Positions 35,949 to 45,502 of a DNA stretch of 64,000 bases are shown one piece after another. The stretch is from Candidatus Aminicenantes bacterium. Its GTDB lineage: Bacteria > Acidobacteriota > Aminicenantia > Aminicenantales > Saccharicenantaceae. The translations under genes were made by a program, and so were the position numbers. A model generated the notes under the pieces. That model was not told the DNA's origin and searched no databases. It saw nothing but the letters and a program-made list of their open reading frames with translations. The stretch is taken from contig CAWDTC010000021.1 of NCBI GenBank assembly GCA_963805045.1, positions 45,559 through 109,558 on the forward strand, read 5' to 3'. Numbering within the stretch: the first letter of the stretch is position 1; each line of letters starts with the position of its first letter.

Positions 35949-36320
35949 TTAATAATTCAAGCGCGGAGCGTCCCCCCACAGCTTCTCGAGCGAGAAGTGG
36001 TCGCGCGCCTTGGGCGAGAAGACATGGACGATGAAGGAGCCGTAGTCGAGGAGGACCCACTCGCCGGTCTCGCGGCCCTCGACGCTGAGGGACCTCAGCC
36101 CGGCCGCTCTCATCTCGGCCTCGACGCCGTCGGCGATGGCCGAGTTCTGCCGGGAGGAGTTCCCCTGCATGATGAGGAAGTAGTCCGTGAACGAGGACAG
36201 GTCCGAGAGGTCGAGGACGCAGAGGCCCTCCGCCTTCTTGGCCAGGCAGGCCTCGACGGCCAGCCGGACCTCCCGGGCCAGGTTCCGCTTGGTGAATGTC
36301 TTTCTTTTTTCTTGGGACAT
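35949..36320 (-). CDS. rsfS: Ribosome silencing factor
   Basis: 123-aa tail of ORF 35949-37112 starting MSQEKRK. It has DYFLIMQGNS and WVLLDYGSFIVHVF. Confidence 0.85.
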   Translation of the reverse strand: MSQEKRKTFTKRNLAREVRLAVEACLAKKAEGLCVLDLSDLSSFTDYFLIMQGNSSRQNSAIADGVEAEMRAAGLRSLSVEGRETGEWVLLDYGSFIVHVFSPKARDHFSLEKLWGDAPRLNY

Positions 36321-36325
36321 GGTTC

Positions 36326-36985
36326 CTACCGGTCCGTATAGAGTTGGTGGTCCCGGATGTAGTCGGCGACGGCCGCCGGGACGAGGCCGTCCGGACGCTC
36401 TCCCCTCCCGACGCGCTCCCGGATGTCGGTGGCGGAGATGTCGAGCGCCTCGATGGGCAGGAGGAAGACGCCGTAGCACGCGAGGAGTTCCTCGTCCACG
36501 GGCCCGCCTTCCGGGACGCGGCAGGTCCGGTCGCTCAGCCGGCCGGCGAGGACCCCGGCCGCTGCGGCGAGGTCGAAGCCCGGCCTGGAAGTGACGATGA
36601 AGAGGCTCTCGGCGATGACACGCTCGTATTCGTGCCACGTCCCGATCTCGAGGAACGCGTCGACGCCGAGGATGAAGAGGACCCAGGCGCCCGGATAGGC
36701 CCCCCGGACCTTCGCCAGGGTCACGACCGAATAGGACCTCCCCGGCGACTCGACTTCGAGGGGCGAGACGACGAAGCCCTCGTGGTCCCGGCAGGCGAGC
36801 TCGACCATGCGGAACCGGTCGGCGGCCGGGGCGAGGTCCGGGGAGGCCTTGTGCGGCGGGATATCGGAGGGGACGAAGAGGACCCGGTCGAGGCCGAAGG
36901 CCGCCCGGACGTCGGCCGCAGCCTTGAGATGGCCGAAATGGACGGGGTTGAACGTGCCGCCGAACAGCCCGACCCGCTCCCTCAC
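36326..36985 (-). CDS. nadD: Nicotinate-nucleotide adenylyltransferase
   Basis: GTG at 36985 overlaps the obg stop (GTGA). It has GLFGGTFNPVHFGH, and ISATDIRERV near the C-terminus. Confidence 0.85.
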   Translation of the reverse strand: MRERVGLFGGTFNPVHFGHLKAAADVRAAFGLDRVLFVPSDIPPHKASPDLAPAADRFRMVELACRDHEGFVVSPLEVESPGRSYSVVTLAKVRGAYPGAWVLFILGVDAFLEIGTWHEYERVIAESLFIVTSRPGFDLAAAAGVLAGRLSDRTCRVPEGGPVDEELLACYGVFLLPIEALDISATDIRERVGRGERPDGLVPAAVADYIRDHQLYTDR

Positions 36986-38010
36986 CCCGGCCCTCCCGCG
37001 CCGGCCTCCTCGAGGCGCTCGAGCGTCTCGGCCATGGCCCGGACGAGAGGCCTGAGCCCCTCGCCCTTGAGGGCGGAAACGGCGAAGAAGGGCATCTTTC
37101 TCCGGCCGGCAAGGCGCCGGAGCCCGACGAGCCGGGACTTGTCCCGGCCGAGGAGGTCGACCTTGTTGGCGGCGACGATCATGGTCCGCCGGGCGAGCCG
37201 GGGGTCGAAGGACGCGAGCTCCCCCATGACGACATCGAAATCGTGGACGGGGTCGCGCTCCGTGTACGGCGAGACGTCGACGACGTGGACGAGGACCCGG
37301 GTCCGCTCGATGTGCCGCAGGAACCGGTCGCCGAGCCCCTGGCCGAGGTGGGCGCCCTCGATGAGCCCGGGGATGTCGGCGACGATGAAGCTCTTCATCG
37401 CCCCCGCGTCCACGACGCCGAGGTTGGGCGTCAGGGTCGTGAACGGGTAATCCGCGATGAGCGGCCGCGCCGCCGAGATCTTCGAGATGAGCGTCGACTT
37501 GCCGGCGTTGGGGAAGCCGACGAGGCCGACGTCGGCGATGAGCTTGAGTTCGAGGGAGATCTCCTTCTCCTCCCCCGGCCGCCCGGGCTCCCACTCGCGG
37601 GGGGCCTGGTGGGTCGCGGTGGCGTAGGAGGCATTGCCGCGGCCGCCCTTGCCGCCCTTGGCCGCCGTGAAGGACAGGCCCGGTCGGGCGAAATCGAACA
37701 GGACCTCGCCCGCTGCGGCGTCCTTGACGACCGTCCCGACCGGCACGGGGAGCCGCATCTCCGCGCCGCGGGCGCCGGTGCGGTTGCCGCCCTCTCCGGG
37801 CGCCCCGTTCCGGGCCCGGAGGAGCGGGTGGAAGCGGAAATAGGACAGGGAATGGGCGCTCGCGTCCGAGACGAAGACAACGCTCCCCCCGTGGCCGCCG
37901 TGGCCGCCGTCCGGCCCTCCCCGGGGGACCTTGGCCTCGCGCCTGAAGCTGACGCAGCCGTCCCCGCCGCGGCCGGCCTTGAGCTTGACCTGGACCTGGT
38001 CAACGAACAT
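36982..38010 (-). CDS. obg: GTPase Obg
   Basis: Intact 342 aa. MFVDQVQVKLKAGRGGDGCVSFRRE, with GFPNAGKST and DIPGLIEGA G-motifs. Confidence 0.93.
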   Translation of the reverse strand: MFVDQVQVKLKAGRGGDGCVSFRREAKVPRGGPDGGHGGHGGSVVFVSDASAHSLSYFRFHPLLRARNGAPGEGGNRTGARGAEMRLPVPVGTVVKDAAAGEVLFDFARPGLSFTAAKGGKGGRGNASYATATHQAPREWEPGRPGEEKEISLELKLIADVGLVGFPNAGKSTLISKISAARPLIADYPFTTLTPNLGVVDAGAMKSFIVADIPGLIEGAHLGQGLGDRFLRHIERTRVLVHVVDVSPYTERDPVHDFDVVMGELASFDPRLARRTMIVAANKVDLLGRDKSRLVGLRRLAGRRKMPFFAVSALKGEGLRPLVRAMAETLERLEEAGAGGPG

Positions 38011-38090
38011 AGGACGCCCCGGCGGTCAGGAGTGGAGCGGTGTCACGGGAAGCGGGCGGCGTGAGGGAATCGGGCGCTTTGATGTCGGCC

Positions 38091-38345
38091 TCAGGCGGGC
38101 AGAACGGAAACGACCGTGTTCCCCTTCCCCTTGTCGACGAAACGGACGACGCCCGTGATCATGGCGAAGAGCGTGTCGTCCTTGCCGCGCCCGACGTTCA
38201 GCCCGGGCTTGATGGGCGTCCCCCTCTGGCGGACAAGGATCGAGCCCGCGTTGACCTTCTGGCCGCCGTGGCGCTTGACGCCGAGCCGCTGGCCGCTGCT
38301 GTCCCTCCCGTTCCGCGCGCCGCCGCCTGCCTTCTTGTGGGCCAT
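38091..38345 (-). CDS. rpmA: 50S ribosomal protein L27
   Basis: [24 protein letters not shown]..; intact 84 aa. Confidence 0.95.
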   Translation of the reverse strand: MAHKKAGGGARNGRDSSGQRLGVKRHGGQKVNAGSILVRQRGTPIKPGLNVGRGKDDTLFAMITGVVRFVDKGKGNTVVSVLPA

Positions 38346-38348
38346 GGG

Positions 38349-38900
38349 TCACTCCTTCGCCGCTTTCTTCGGCTTCGCGGCCGGCTTGGCGCCCGCCGTC
38401 TTCTTGCCGACGGTCCTGGCCTGGGGGGCCTGGGTCGTCTTCTTGGCCGGTTTCCTGGGCTTTCCGGCCGGCTTCTTGGCCGGAGCCTCCGCCTTGACCG
38501 GGGCCTTGGGCTCGGCCTTCGGCGCCGGAGCCGCGGCCGGGGCGGGCTTCGCCTCGGGCGCTTCCTCGGCCGGGGCCTGGCTTTTATCGGGGTAGATGCC
38601 CTCGACGCGGATCCGGGTCAGCTGCTGGCGGTGGCCGCGGGTCCGGCGGTACTGCTTCCTTCTCTTCTTCTTGAAAACGAGGACCTTCTCGTCCTTGTAG
38701 AGCTCGAGGACCTCGGCCCGGACCAGGGCGTCCTCGAGAACGGGCGTGCCGAGGAGGACGTTCCCGCCGTCCTCCTCGATGAGGAGGACCTGGCCGAAGC
38801 TGACCTTCCGGCCGGCCTCGGCCTCGAGCTTCTCGACCGAGAGGACGTCGCCCGGCTTGACGCGATATTGTTTTCCGCCTGTCAGGATCACTGCGTGCAT
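38349..38900 (-). CDS. rplU: 50S ribosomal protein L21 with an Ala/Pro/Lys-rich C-terminal extension of about 80 aa
   Basis: MHAVILTGGKQYRVKPGD.. L21 core of about 103 aa, followed by APAEEAPEAKPAPAAAPAPKAEPKAPVKAEAPAKKPAGKPRKPAKK... Confidence 0.92.
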   Translation of the reverse strand: MHAVILTGGKQYRVKPGDVLSVEKLEAEAGRKVSFGQVLLIEEDGGNVLLGTPVLEDALVRAEVLELYKDEKVLVFKKKRRKQYRRTRGHRQQLTRIRVEGIYPDKSQAPAEEAPEAKPAPAAAPAPKAEPKAPVKAEAPAKKPAGKPRKPAKKTTQAPQARTVGKKTAGAKPAAKPKKAAKE

Positions 38901-39052
38901 CGGTTGTACCCTTGTCGAGAGATGAAAATCGGAACGTCAAATTTAGCATACGGCCCGGCCAAAGTCAAATTCGATATGACGCCGGCGCGGCTTGACACGG
39001 GACCGCCTTTTCCCTACGCTGGGGTCGCGGCCCGCCCCTCGCGGCGCCGGAC

Positions 39053-39127
39053 GGGCGGTTAGCTCAGCGGCAGAGTATCGGTCTTACAAACCGGGGGTCG
39101 CAGGTTCGAACCCTGCACCGCCCACCA
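39053..39127 (+). tRNA. tRNA-Val (anticodon TAC), CCA encoded
   Basis: Acceptor GGGCGGT/ACCGCCC, anticodon loop CTTACAA, T arm GCAGG-TTCGAAC-CCTGC. TTGACA, 17 nt, TACGCT at 38992-39020 is a possible promoter. Confidence 0.93.
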
Positions 39128-39260
39128 CCGGTCTTCCCAGGCATCAGGAAGCTCTTGACTTTGCCGGAAAATCTGTTCTATATCTTTCCTCATAGAGATC
39201 CTGATGAGAGCCGTGCGGGCCGGGGTCCGCGCGGCGGCGTTCAGAAGAGGAGGAGGTGTC

Positions 39261-42002
39261 ATGAGAGCGAAGAGTGTTGTTCTCGTCGCCGCCCTGCTCC
39301 TGGCGCTCGTTTCCTGGGGCCTCGCCCAATCCAAGGAAACGGGAGCCATCCAGGGGACGGTGACCGACCAGGACAAGGCCCCCTTGCCCGGCGTCACGGT
39401 GACCATCTCGAGCCCCAAGATGATGGGCACGCGGAGCGCGGTCACGAACGCCTCGGGCGGCTTCCGGTTCCCGGCCCTGCCGCCGGGGACCTATGAGGCC
39501 AAGGTCGAGCTCCAGGGCTTCAAGACCTACATCCAGCAGAACATTCGTCTGGAAACGACCATGAGCCTGAGCCTCGAGATCGTCATGACCCCGAGCACCA
39601 TCGAGGAGAAGATCACGGTCGTGGCCAAGTCGCCGACGGTCGACGTCAAGTCCTCCGAGACGGCCTCGGTCACCCTGAGCGACGAGATCCTGCGGAACAT
39701 CCCCTACAGCCAGTTCACGGCCGACATCGTCAACCTGGCCCCCGGGGTCACGAACAACGTCGCCTACGGCGCCTCGCAGGACACGGGCATCGCCTATTCC
39801 ATGGACGGCGTCAACGTCGCCGACCCGGAGGCGGGCTCGGCCTGGGTCTTCCTCGACCACAACATCATCGAGGAGGCCAAGGTCATGGGCGTCGGCCTGC
39901 CGGCCGAATACGGGAACTTCACCGGCGTCATCTTCAACCTCATCACCAAATCCGGCGGCAACAACTTCTCCGGCCACATGGAGGTCGATTTCCAGGGCAA
40001 GAAAGGGGATTTCCCGAAGGGCCTCTGGCAGACGGACAACAACCAGGCCTTCATCAACGATTTCCCCGACCTGACCTCGCCCCTCTCGAAGCTCTTCGAC
40101 GCCGACGTCCACCTCGGCGGGCCGATCAAGAAGGACAAGCTCTGGTTCTATGTCGGGCTCCAATGGTACCGGACCCAGGACTACCCGACGGGGTTCCCTG
40201 CCGCCGTCGACTACAAGCAGCCCCACTCCTTCTTCAAGCTGTCCGCGCAGCCCTCGCCCTCGACGCCGATGACCCTGTCGGTCGAGGTCGACACCTATAA
40301 CGGCGTCAACCGGGACGGCAGCGCCACGGTCCTACCGGAAGCGACGGTGACGCAGAAGTCGCCCGAGGTCGTGGCCAACTTCACCCTGACCCACATCTTC
40401 AACCCCAAGACCTTCATCGACGTCAAGGCCGCCTACTTCTGGGGGTATTATTACCTCGAGCCGGCGCAGGGACGCGATGTCAACTCCCATTTCAACATCA
40501 CCGATAACCTGCTCACGACCAATGCCATGCTATTATTATCAGGCCGACCGCGACCGCATCCAGGCCAACATCAGCCTGACCCACTACGCCGAGGACTTCA
40601 TCAAGGGCAACCACGACTTCAAGTTCGGCGTCGAGGTCGAACGGTCGCACGCCCGCAGCCGCTACGGCTTCACGGGCGCGAACCACATGTACTACATCGA
40701 CTATCCGGGGTACTATTCCGCCGGGCCGCAGGGCCAGTACCTGGCCTACCAGTACACCGGGTACGACAAGAACACGAGCTACATCCGGGCCGAGGCCTTC
40801 GCCCAGGACGCGTGGCAGCTCACCAAGCGCTTCAACCTCAACGTCGGCCTGCGCTTCAGCCACAACTGGGGCTTCGTCAAGGGCGTCAGCGGCTCTATTT
40901 ACCAGACGACGCGCCTCGCGCCGCGGGTCGGCTTCACCTTCGACATCCTCGGCGACAAGACGACGATCCTCAAGGCCCACTACGGCCAGTTCACCGAGGC
41001 CATGCTGACGGCAGAGATCGACATGCTCAACCCGACCTCGGCCTTCAGCGACTACATCCGGTATTACTTGGGACAACGAAGCCGGCCAGTACGTGGCCGT
41101 TCGACACGACGCCCGCACCGACCTACCACCTCGCCGACGGCATCAAGCACCCCTACATGGAACAGTTCACGGTCAGCGTCGAGCGGGAGCTGTTCAAGGA
41201 CGCCTCGGTCTCGGTCACCGGAATTTGGCGGTCGTGGCATGATTTCCTCTTCCACTACGACCGGGCCACGACCTGGGACCCCGTCACCTTCTACATCTCC
41301 GAGCTCGCCGATCAGCCGGTCACGGTCTACGACCGGACCTCGGCCAGCGACGCGCACGACCTCTGGATCCAGAACACCGTCCCCGGAGAGAACCCGGCTC
41401 AGAAATACTGGGGCCTCGAGTTCCTGTTCAACAAGCGCTTCTCCAACAGGTGGCAGGTGCTGGCCTCCTACGTCTACTCCCACGCCACCGGAACGCTGAA
41501 TAACAGCTTCGGCTCGGGCCTCGGCTGGGCGGGCAGCGTCGACAACCCCAATATGTGGGTCAACGCCAGCGGCACCTTAGTCAACGACCCGACGCACATG
41601 ATCAAGGTCCAGGGGACCTACGTCCTGCCCTGGGGCATCTACTTCAACGCCTATTTCCAGGGCATCACCGGGAACGCCTGGACGACGACCTACCGGTCGT
41701 CCTACCTCACCCAGGGCCGGGCGGTCGTCTTCATCGAGCCGCGCGGGTCGCACCACTATCCGATGGCCAAGACGCTCGACATCCGGCTCGAGAAGACCTT
41801 CCTGATGGCCAAGAAGTACCGGCTGGGGTTGATGCTCGACGTCTTCAACCTCTTCAACGACCACACCATCACGTCGTGGGGGACGCGCTACGGCAACGGC
41901 GCCGACTGGATCCCGGACGAGTACCCGTCGACCGATGGGCACGACCTCTACGGCATCATCAACCCGCGCCAGGCCCGGGTCGGCATCCGGCTCATCTTCT
42001 GA
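39261..42002 (+). CDS. TonB-dependent receptor with an N-terminal CarboxypepD_reg domain, with about 3 frame breaks (near 40530, 41068 and 41093)
   Basis: Signal peptide, GAIQGTVTD..PLPGVTVTI..TNASGGFRFPALPPGTY, plug-like region, beta-barrel, and a terminal ..RQARVGIRLIF. The middle third is in ORF 40477-41499. TTGACT, 18 nt, TATATC at 39155-39184 is a possible promoter. Confidence 0.85.
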   Translation: MRAKSVVLVAALLLALVSWGLAQSKETGAIQGTVTDQDKAPLPGVTVTISSPKMMGTRSAVTNASGGFRFPALPPGTYEAKVELQGFKTYIQQNIRLETTMSLSLEIVMTPSTIEEKITVVAKSPTVDVKSSETASVTLSDEILRNIPYSQFTADIVNLAPGVTNNVAYGASQDTGIAYSMDGVNVADPEAGSAWVFLDHNIIEEAKVMGVGLPAEYGNFTGVIFNLITKSGGNNFSGHMEVDFQGKKGDFPKGLWQTDNNQAFINDFPDLTSPLSKLFDADVHLGGPIKKDKLWFYVGLQWYRTQDYPTGFPAAVDYKQPHSFFKLSAQPSPSTPMTLSVEVDTYNGVNRDGSATVLPEATVTQKSPEVVANFTLTHIFNPKTFIDVKAAYFWGYYYLEPAQGRDVNSHFNITDNLLTTNAMLLLSGRPRPHPGQHQPDPLRRGLHQGQPRLQVRRRGRTVARPQPLRLHGREPHVLHRLSGVLFRRAAGPVPGLPVHRVRQEHELHPGRGLRPGRVAAHQALQPQRRPALQPQLGLRQGRQRLYLPDDAPRAAGRLHLRHPRRQDDDPQGPLRPVHRGHADGRDRHAQPDLGLQRLHPVLLGTTKPASTWPFDTTPAPTYHLADGIKHPYMEQFTVSVERELFKDASVSVTGIWRSWHDFLFHYDRATTWDPVTFYISELADQPVTVYDRTSASDAHDLWIQNTVPGENPAQKYWGLEFLFNKRFSNRWQVLASYVYSHATGTLNNSFGSGLGWAGSVDNPNMWVNASGTLVNDPTHMIKVQGTYVLPWGIYFNAYFQGITGNAWTTTYRSSYLTQGRAVVFIEPRGSHHYPMAKTLDIRLEKTFLMAKKYRLGLMLDVFNLFNDHTITSWGTRYGNGADWIPDEYPSTDGHDLYGIINPRQARVGIRLIF

Positions 42003-42036
42003 TCCTAGAGGCGCGGACGGGCTTCGCAGTCACTCG

Positions 42037-42071
42037 CGGGGCGGCGGGCGGTCCCGCCGCCCCGTTTTTTT
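42037..42071 (+). terminator. Rho-independent terminator after the TonB-dependent receptor
   Basis: CGGGGCGGCGGG-CGGT-CCCGCCGCCCCG followed by T7. Confidence 0.8.
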
Positions 42072-42196
42072 GGGCGGCGTGCCGTCCGCGCGAGCGATCA
42101 ACGGCAGAACCGACAGGGGTTCGGCCCCCGGGACGATTCCTTTCCCGCTATGCCGTAGGGAGGCCGGGGGCGGGCGCACGGAAAGAGGGGAGAGGG

Positions 42197-42433
42197 ATGG
42201 ACGCGCCGACCGTACAGAGGACAGGCGGAGGCCGCTGGCTGGTCGTTCTGTCCGTCGTCCTGGCCCTGGCCGGGATGGCCGGCTTCTACCTCCTCTTCCT
42301 CCGGCATCTCACCGTCTATTGGCTCATCCTGGCCCCCGTCATCCTCGCCCTCTACGAGGTCCCGGCCGTCTTCGCCGTCTGGCTCTACAAGCGGCGGCGG
42401 AGGGGGGCCGGCGGGAGCGGAAGAGGAGAATGA
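42197..42433 (+). CDS. Small two-TM membrane protein, hypothetical
   Basis: ATG at 42197 after GGGGAGAGGG. It has two hydrophobic helices and an Arg-rich tail. Its last codons lie inside the left copy of the 22-bp direct repeat. Confidence 0.4.
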   Translation: MDAPTVQRTGGGRWLVVLSVVLALAGMAGFYLLFLRHLTVYWLILAPVILALYEVPAVFAVWLYKRRRRGAGGSGRGE

Positions 42434-42438
42434 GCCGT
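42417..42438 (+). repeat. Left copy of the exact 22-bp direct repeat GCGGAAGAGGAGAATGAGCCGT
   Basis: Identical to 58879-58900 in the same orientation. Confidence 0.95.
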
Positions 42439-42899
42439 CAATCTTCGGTCAGGACGTGCGTTTCGTATTCGGCTTCGAGCCTGAGCTTGTGGGTCCGTTC
42501 CTGCCCGGCAAGGAACTCGAAGACTTTCCGGTGCGCCGCGAGTTCCGGCCTCCGGGCCAGGCCGGCGTAGAGATCTTCGGCCTTTTTCTCTTTCCGGGCC
42601 GCGAAAATAAGAAGTTCTTGAAACGTCATGTCGGGCGCGAGCGGCAAGTCCGCCAGGGCGTCCGTGAGCCCCAGATCCGGTACGGGAGCCGCGGCCGCTC
42701 CCTTGGGCGGAGCGACTTTTATTTTCTTCAGGAGGCGGCGGTGCTTCTCTTCTTCGCTCTTGAGCTCGAGGAGGAGGTCCCGCAGGCCCGGCGTCGCGGC
42801 CTGGGTGGCCATGCGGGCGTAGCCCCGGGCCGCCTCGACTTCCCGTTCAACGGCGAAAGCGAGGACATCGCTCATGCTCTCGAAACGGCGGTCAGACAT
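42438..42899 (-). CDS. Ferritin-like / rubrerythrin-family domain protein
   Basis: Start MSDRRFESMSDVLAFAVEREVEAARGY at 42899 after GGAAGGAGG. ExxH-like helices (ELKSEEEKHRRLL; LAGQERTHKLRLEAEYE). Confidence 0.6.
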   Translation of the reverse strand: MSDRRFESMSDVLAFAVEREVEAARGYARMATQAATPGLRDLLLELKSEEEKHRRLLKKIKVAPPKGAAAAPVPDLGLTDALADLPLAPDMTFQELLIFAARKEKKAEDLYAGLARRPELAAHRKVFEFLAGQERTHKLRLEAEYETHVLTED

Positions 42900-43042
42900 T
42901 CCCGTACCTCCTTCCCATGATCGTGACCTGTGCCATATCAATGTACCATTCCTAAAGCGAAATCTTCAAGCTCCGGCGAGATCCCCTTCCCCGACTCCCC
43001 CTCCTGTGGCGGGCAAGGGGTGTCGGCGGCCCCAAATAATCG

Positions 43043-43072
43043 TTGACAAGTTTTCCGAGGATTCAGTAAGTT
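43043..43072 (+). promoter_or_regulatory. Sigma-70-type promoter of the NuoE-like/NfnAB cluster
   Basis: TTGACA, an 18-nt spacer, then TAAGTT, followed directly by the palindrome GTCATTAGTGAC at 43075-43086. Confidence 0.4.
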
Positions 43073-43162
43073 ATGTCATTAGTGACGCAACACGAGGGAA
43101 CGGCGGGGCCGGTCAAACAGGAGCCATGAGCCCTGCCTGTCCCCTTTCCTAAGGAGTCGGAG

Positions 43163-43638
43163 ATGACATCGGAGCGGACCGCCGTAGAACTCGTGGTCTC
43201 CAAGCACCACGGCCGGAAGAGGTCCCTGATCCCCATCCTCCAAGACCTCCAAGAGCGCTGCCGATGGCTTTCGCCCGAAATCCTCGACGAGGTCGCGGCT
43301 GTGCTTTGCCTCCCCGCGGCCCACGTGTGGAGCGTCGCCACTTTCTACAGATCGTTCAGCCTGGAACCGCGCGGGCGGCATCGCTGCACGGTCTGCATGG
43401 GCACGGCCTGCCACGTCCGGGGGGGCGGCCGTTCTGGAGCATTTCGAGCGCAAGCTCGGCATCCGCGCCGGAGAGACGTCGGCCGACGGAGAGTACACGC
43501 TCGAGCGGGTCAACTGCCTGGGCGCCTGCGCCCTGGCCCCGCTGGCCATCGTCGACGGGCGGTATTATGGACAGATGACCGAGATCAAGGCCGACGCGGA
43601 TCTTGGGGACGTTGAGGGAGGGGAAGGAAAAGGCCTAA
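43163..43638 (+). CDS. NuoE/HydC-like thioredoxin-fold [2Fe-2S] subunit, with two frame breaks (G7 run at 43419-43425; GGGG at 43605-43608)
   Basis: ..IPILQDLQERCRWLSPE..VATFYRSF..CTVCMGTACHVRG, then after correction VNCLGACALAPLAIVDGRYYGQMT..LGTLREGKEKA with a stop at 43636-43638. The full four-Cys ligand set is present. Confidence 0.8.
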
Positions 43639-43647
43639 GGGAAGCCC

Positions 43648-45502
43648 GTGGAACACCATCGGATCCACCTCCTTGTCTGCGCCGGGACCGCGTGCGTATC
43701 CTGCGGGGCCTTCGAGCTCAAGGAGGCCCTGGAGAAGGAAGTCGCGCGGCGAAAGCTCCAGGACGAGGTCCTCGTCGTCACGACGGCGTGCCAGGGGTTC
43801 TGCGAGAGAGGGCCGATCCTCATGGTCCATCCGGACGGCGTTTATTATCAGCGCCTGAAGGTCGAGGACGTGCCCTTTCTGGTCGAAGAGCATCTCGTCA
43901 AGGGACGTCCGGTTGAAAAGTTTGTGTACGTCCCGCCGGCAGAAAAATCCTCCGTCCCCAAGATGGCGGACATCGAGTTCTTCAAGCACCAGAGGCTCAT
44001 CGTCCTGCGCAACCGGGGACGCCTCGACCCCGAGAAGATCGAGGAATACATCGCCTGCGACGGCTACGAGGGCATGGCCAAGGCCTTGACGGCGATGACC
44101 CCGGCCGGGATCATCGCCGAGGTCGCGGCCGCCGGCCTCCGCGGCCGCGGCGGCGCCGGCTTCCCCACAGGCAAGAAATGGGCCCTCTGCCAGCAGGCGC
44201 AGGCGGCGCCGAAATACCTGATCTGCAACGGCGACGAGGGCGACCCGGGCGCCTTCATGGACCGGTCAGTCCTCGAGGCCGACCCGCACGCGGTCATCGA
44301 GGGGATGGTCATCGGGGCCAAGGCGATCGGGGCGGCCATGGGCTTCGTCTATATCCGCGACGAATACCCCCTGGCGGTCAGGCGGATGGGCATGGCCATC
44401 CAGCAGGCGAAGGACTACGGCCTGCTTGGCGAGGACATCCTCGGGTCGGGCTTCACCTTCGACCTCGAGATCGTCCGGGGCGCCGGCGCGTTCGTCTCGG
44501 GCGAGGAGACCGCCCTCATCGCCTCGATCGAGGGCCAGCGCGCCTATCCGCGGCAGAGGCCGCCCTATCCTGCCCAGTCCGGCCTGTGGGGGAAGCCGAC
44601 CGTGATCAACAACGTCGAGACGTGGGCCAACGTCCCCTCCATCATCCGCCGCGGCGCCGCCTGGTTCTCCGGCATGGGGACCGAGACGAGCAAGGGGACG
44701 AAGATCTTCTCGCTCGTCGGCAAGATCAACAACACCGGGCTCGTCGAGGTGCCGATGGGCATCCATCTGCGCGAGATCATCTACGGCATCGGCGGAGGGA
44801 TCCCCGGCGGCCGGGAATTCAAGGCCATCCAGATCGGCGGCCCTTCCGGGGGCTGCATCCCCAAGGACCTCCTCGACCTCCCCGTCGATTACGAGAGCCT
44901 GACCAAGGCCGGGGCCATGATGGGCTCGGGCGGCATGATCGTCATGGACGAGGACACCTGCATGGTGGACATCGCCCTCTACTTCCTGCGTTTCATCGAG
45001 GAGGAATCCTGCGGGAAATGCGCCCCTTGCCGGATCGGCACGCGCCAGATGGCCGGGATCCTGGCCCGCATCGTCGCCGGCGAGGGCAGCGACGAGGACC
45101 TGAAGCGGCTCGAGGAGCTGGCCCTCGTCGTCAAGCCGGGATCGCTCTGCGGCCTCGGCCAGACGGCCCCCAATCCCGTCCTGTCCACGCTGCGGTATTT
45201 CCGGGACGAGTACCGGGCGCACATCACGGACCGCTGCTGCCCCGCCCTCGTCTGCAAGAACCTGATCACGTATTTCATCGAGCCGGAGAAATGCGTCGGC
45301 TGCCTCCTCTGCCTCAAGAATTGCCCGACCAAGGCGATCTCCGGGCGAGTCGAAAGAAGTCCACGTCATCGACCAGGCCCTCTGTATCAAGTGCGGGGCC
45401 TGTTTCAACGTCTGCCCGAAGAAGGTCCGGGCCGTCTCGAAATACACGGGAGAGAAGGGCCGGGCGCTCGCCGGCCGGGCCGGGAAACCCGTGAAGCCAT
45501 GA
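43648..45502 (+). CDS. NuoF/HydB-like FMN- and NAD(H)-binding subunit with an N-terminal [2Fe-2S] thioredoxin-like domain and a C-terminal 2x[4Fe-4S] ferredoxin domain, with one frame break near 45350
   Basis: GTG start. LLVCAGTACVSCG..CQGFCERGP; GLRGRGGAGFPTGKKW; ICNGDEGDPGAF; ESCGKCAPCR; CVGCLLCLKNCP; and after correction CIKCGACFNVCP. Its stop overlaps the next ATG. Confidence 0.85.
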
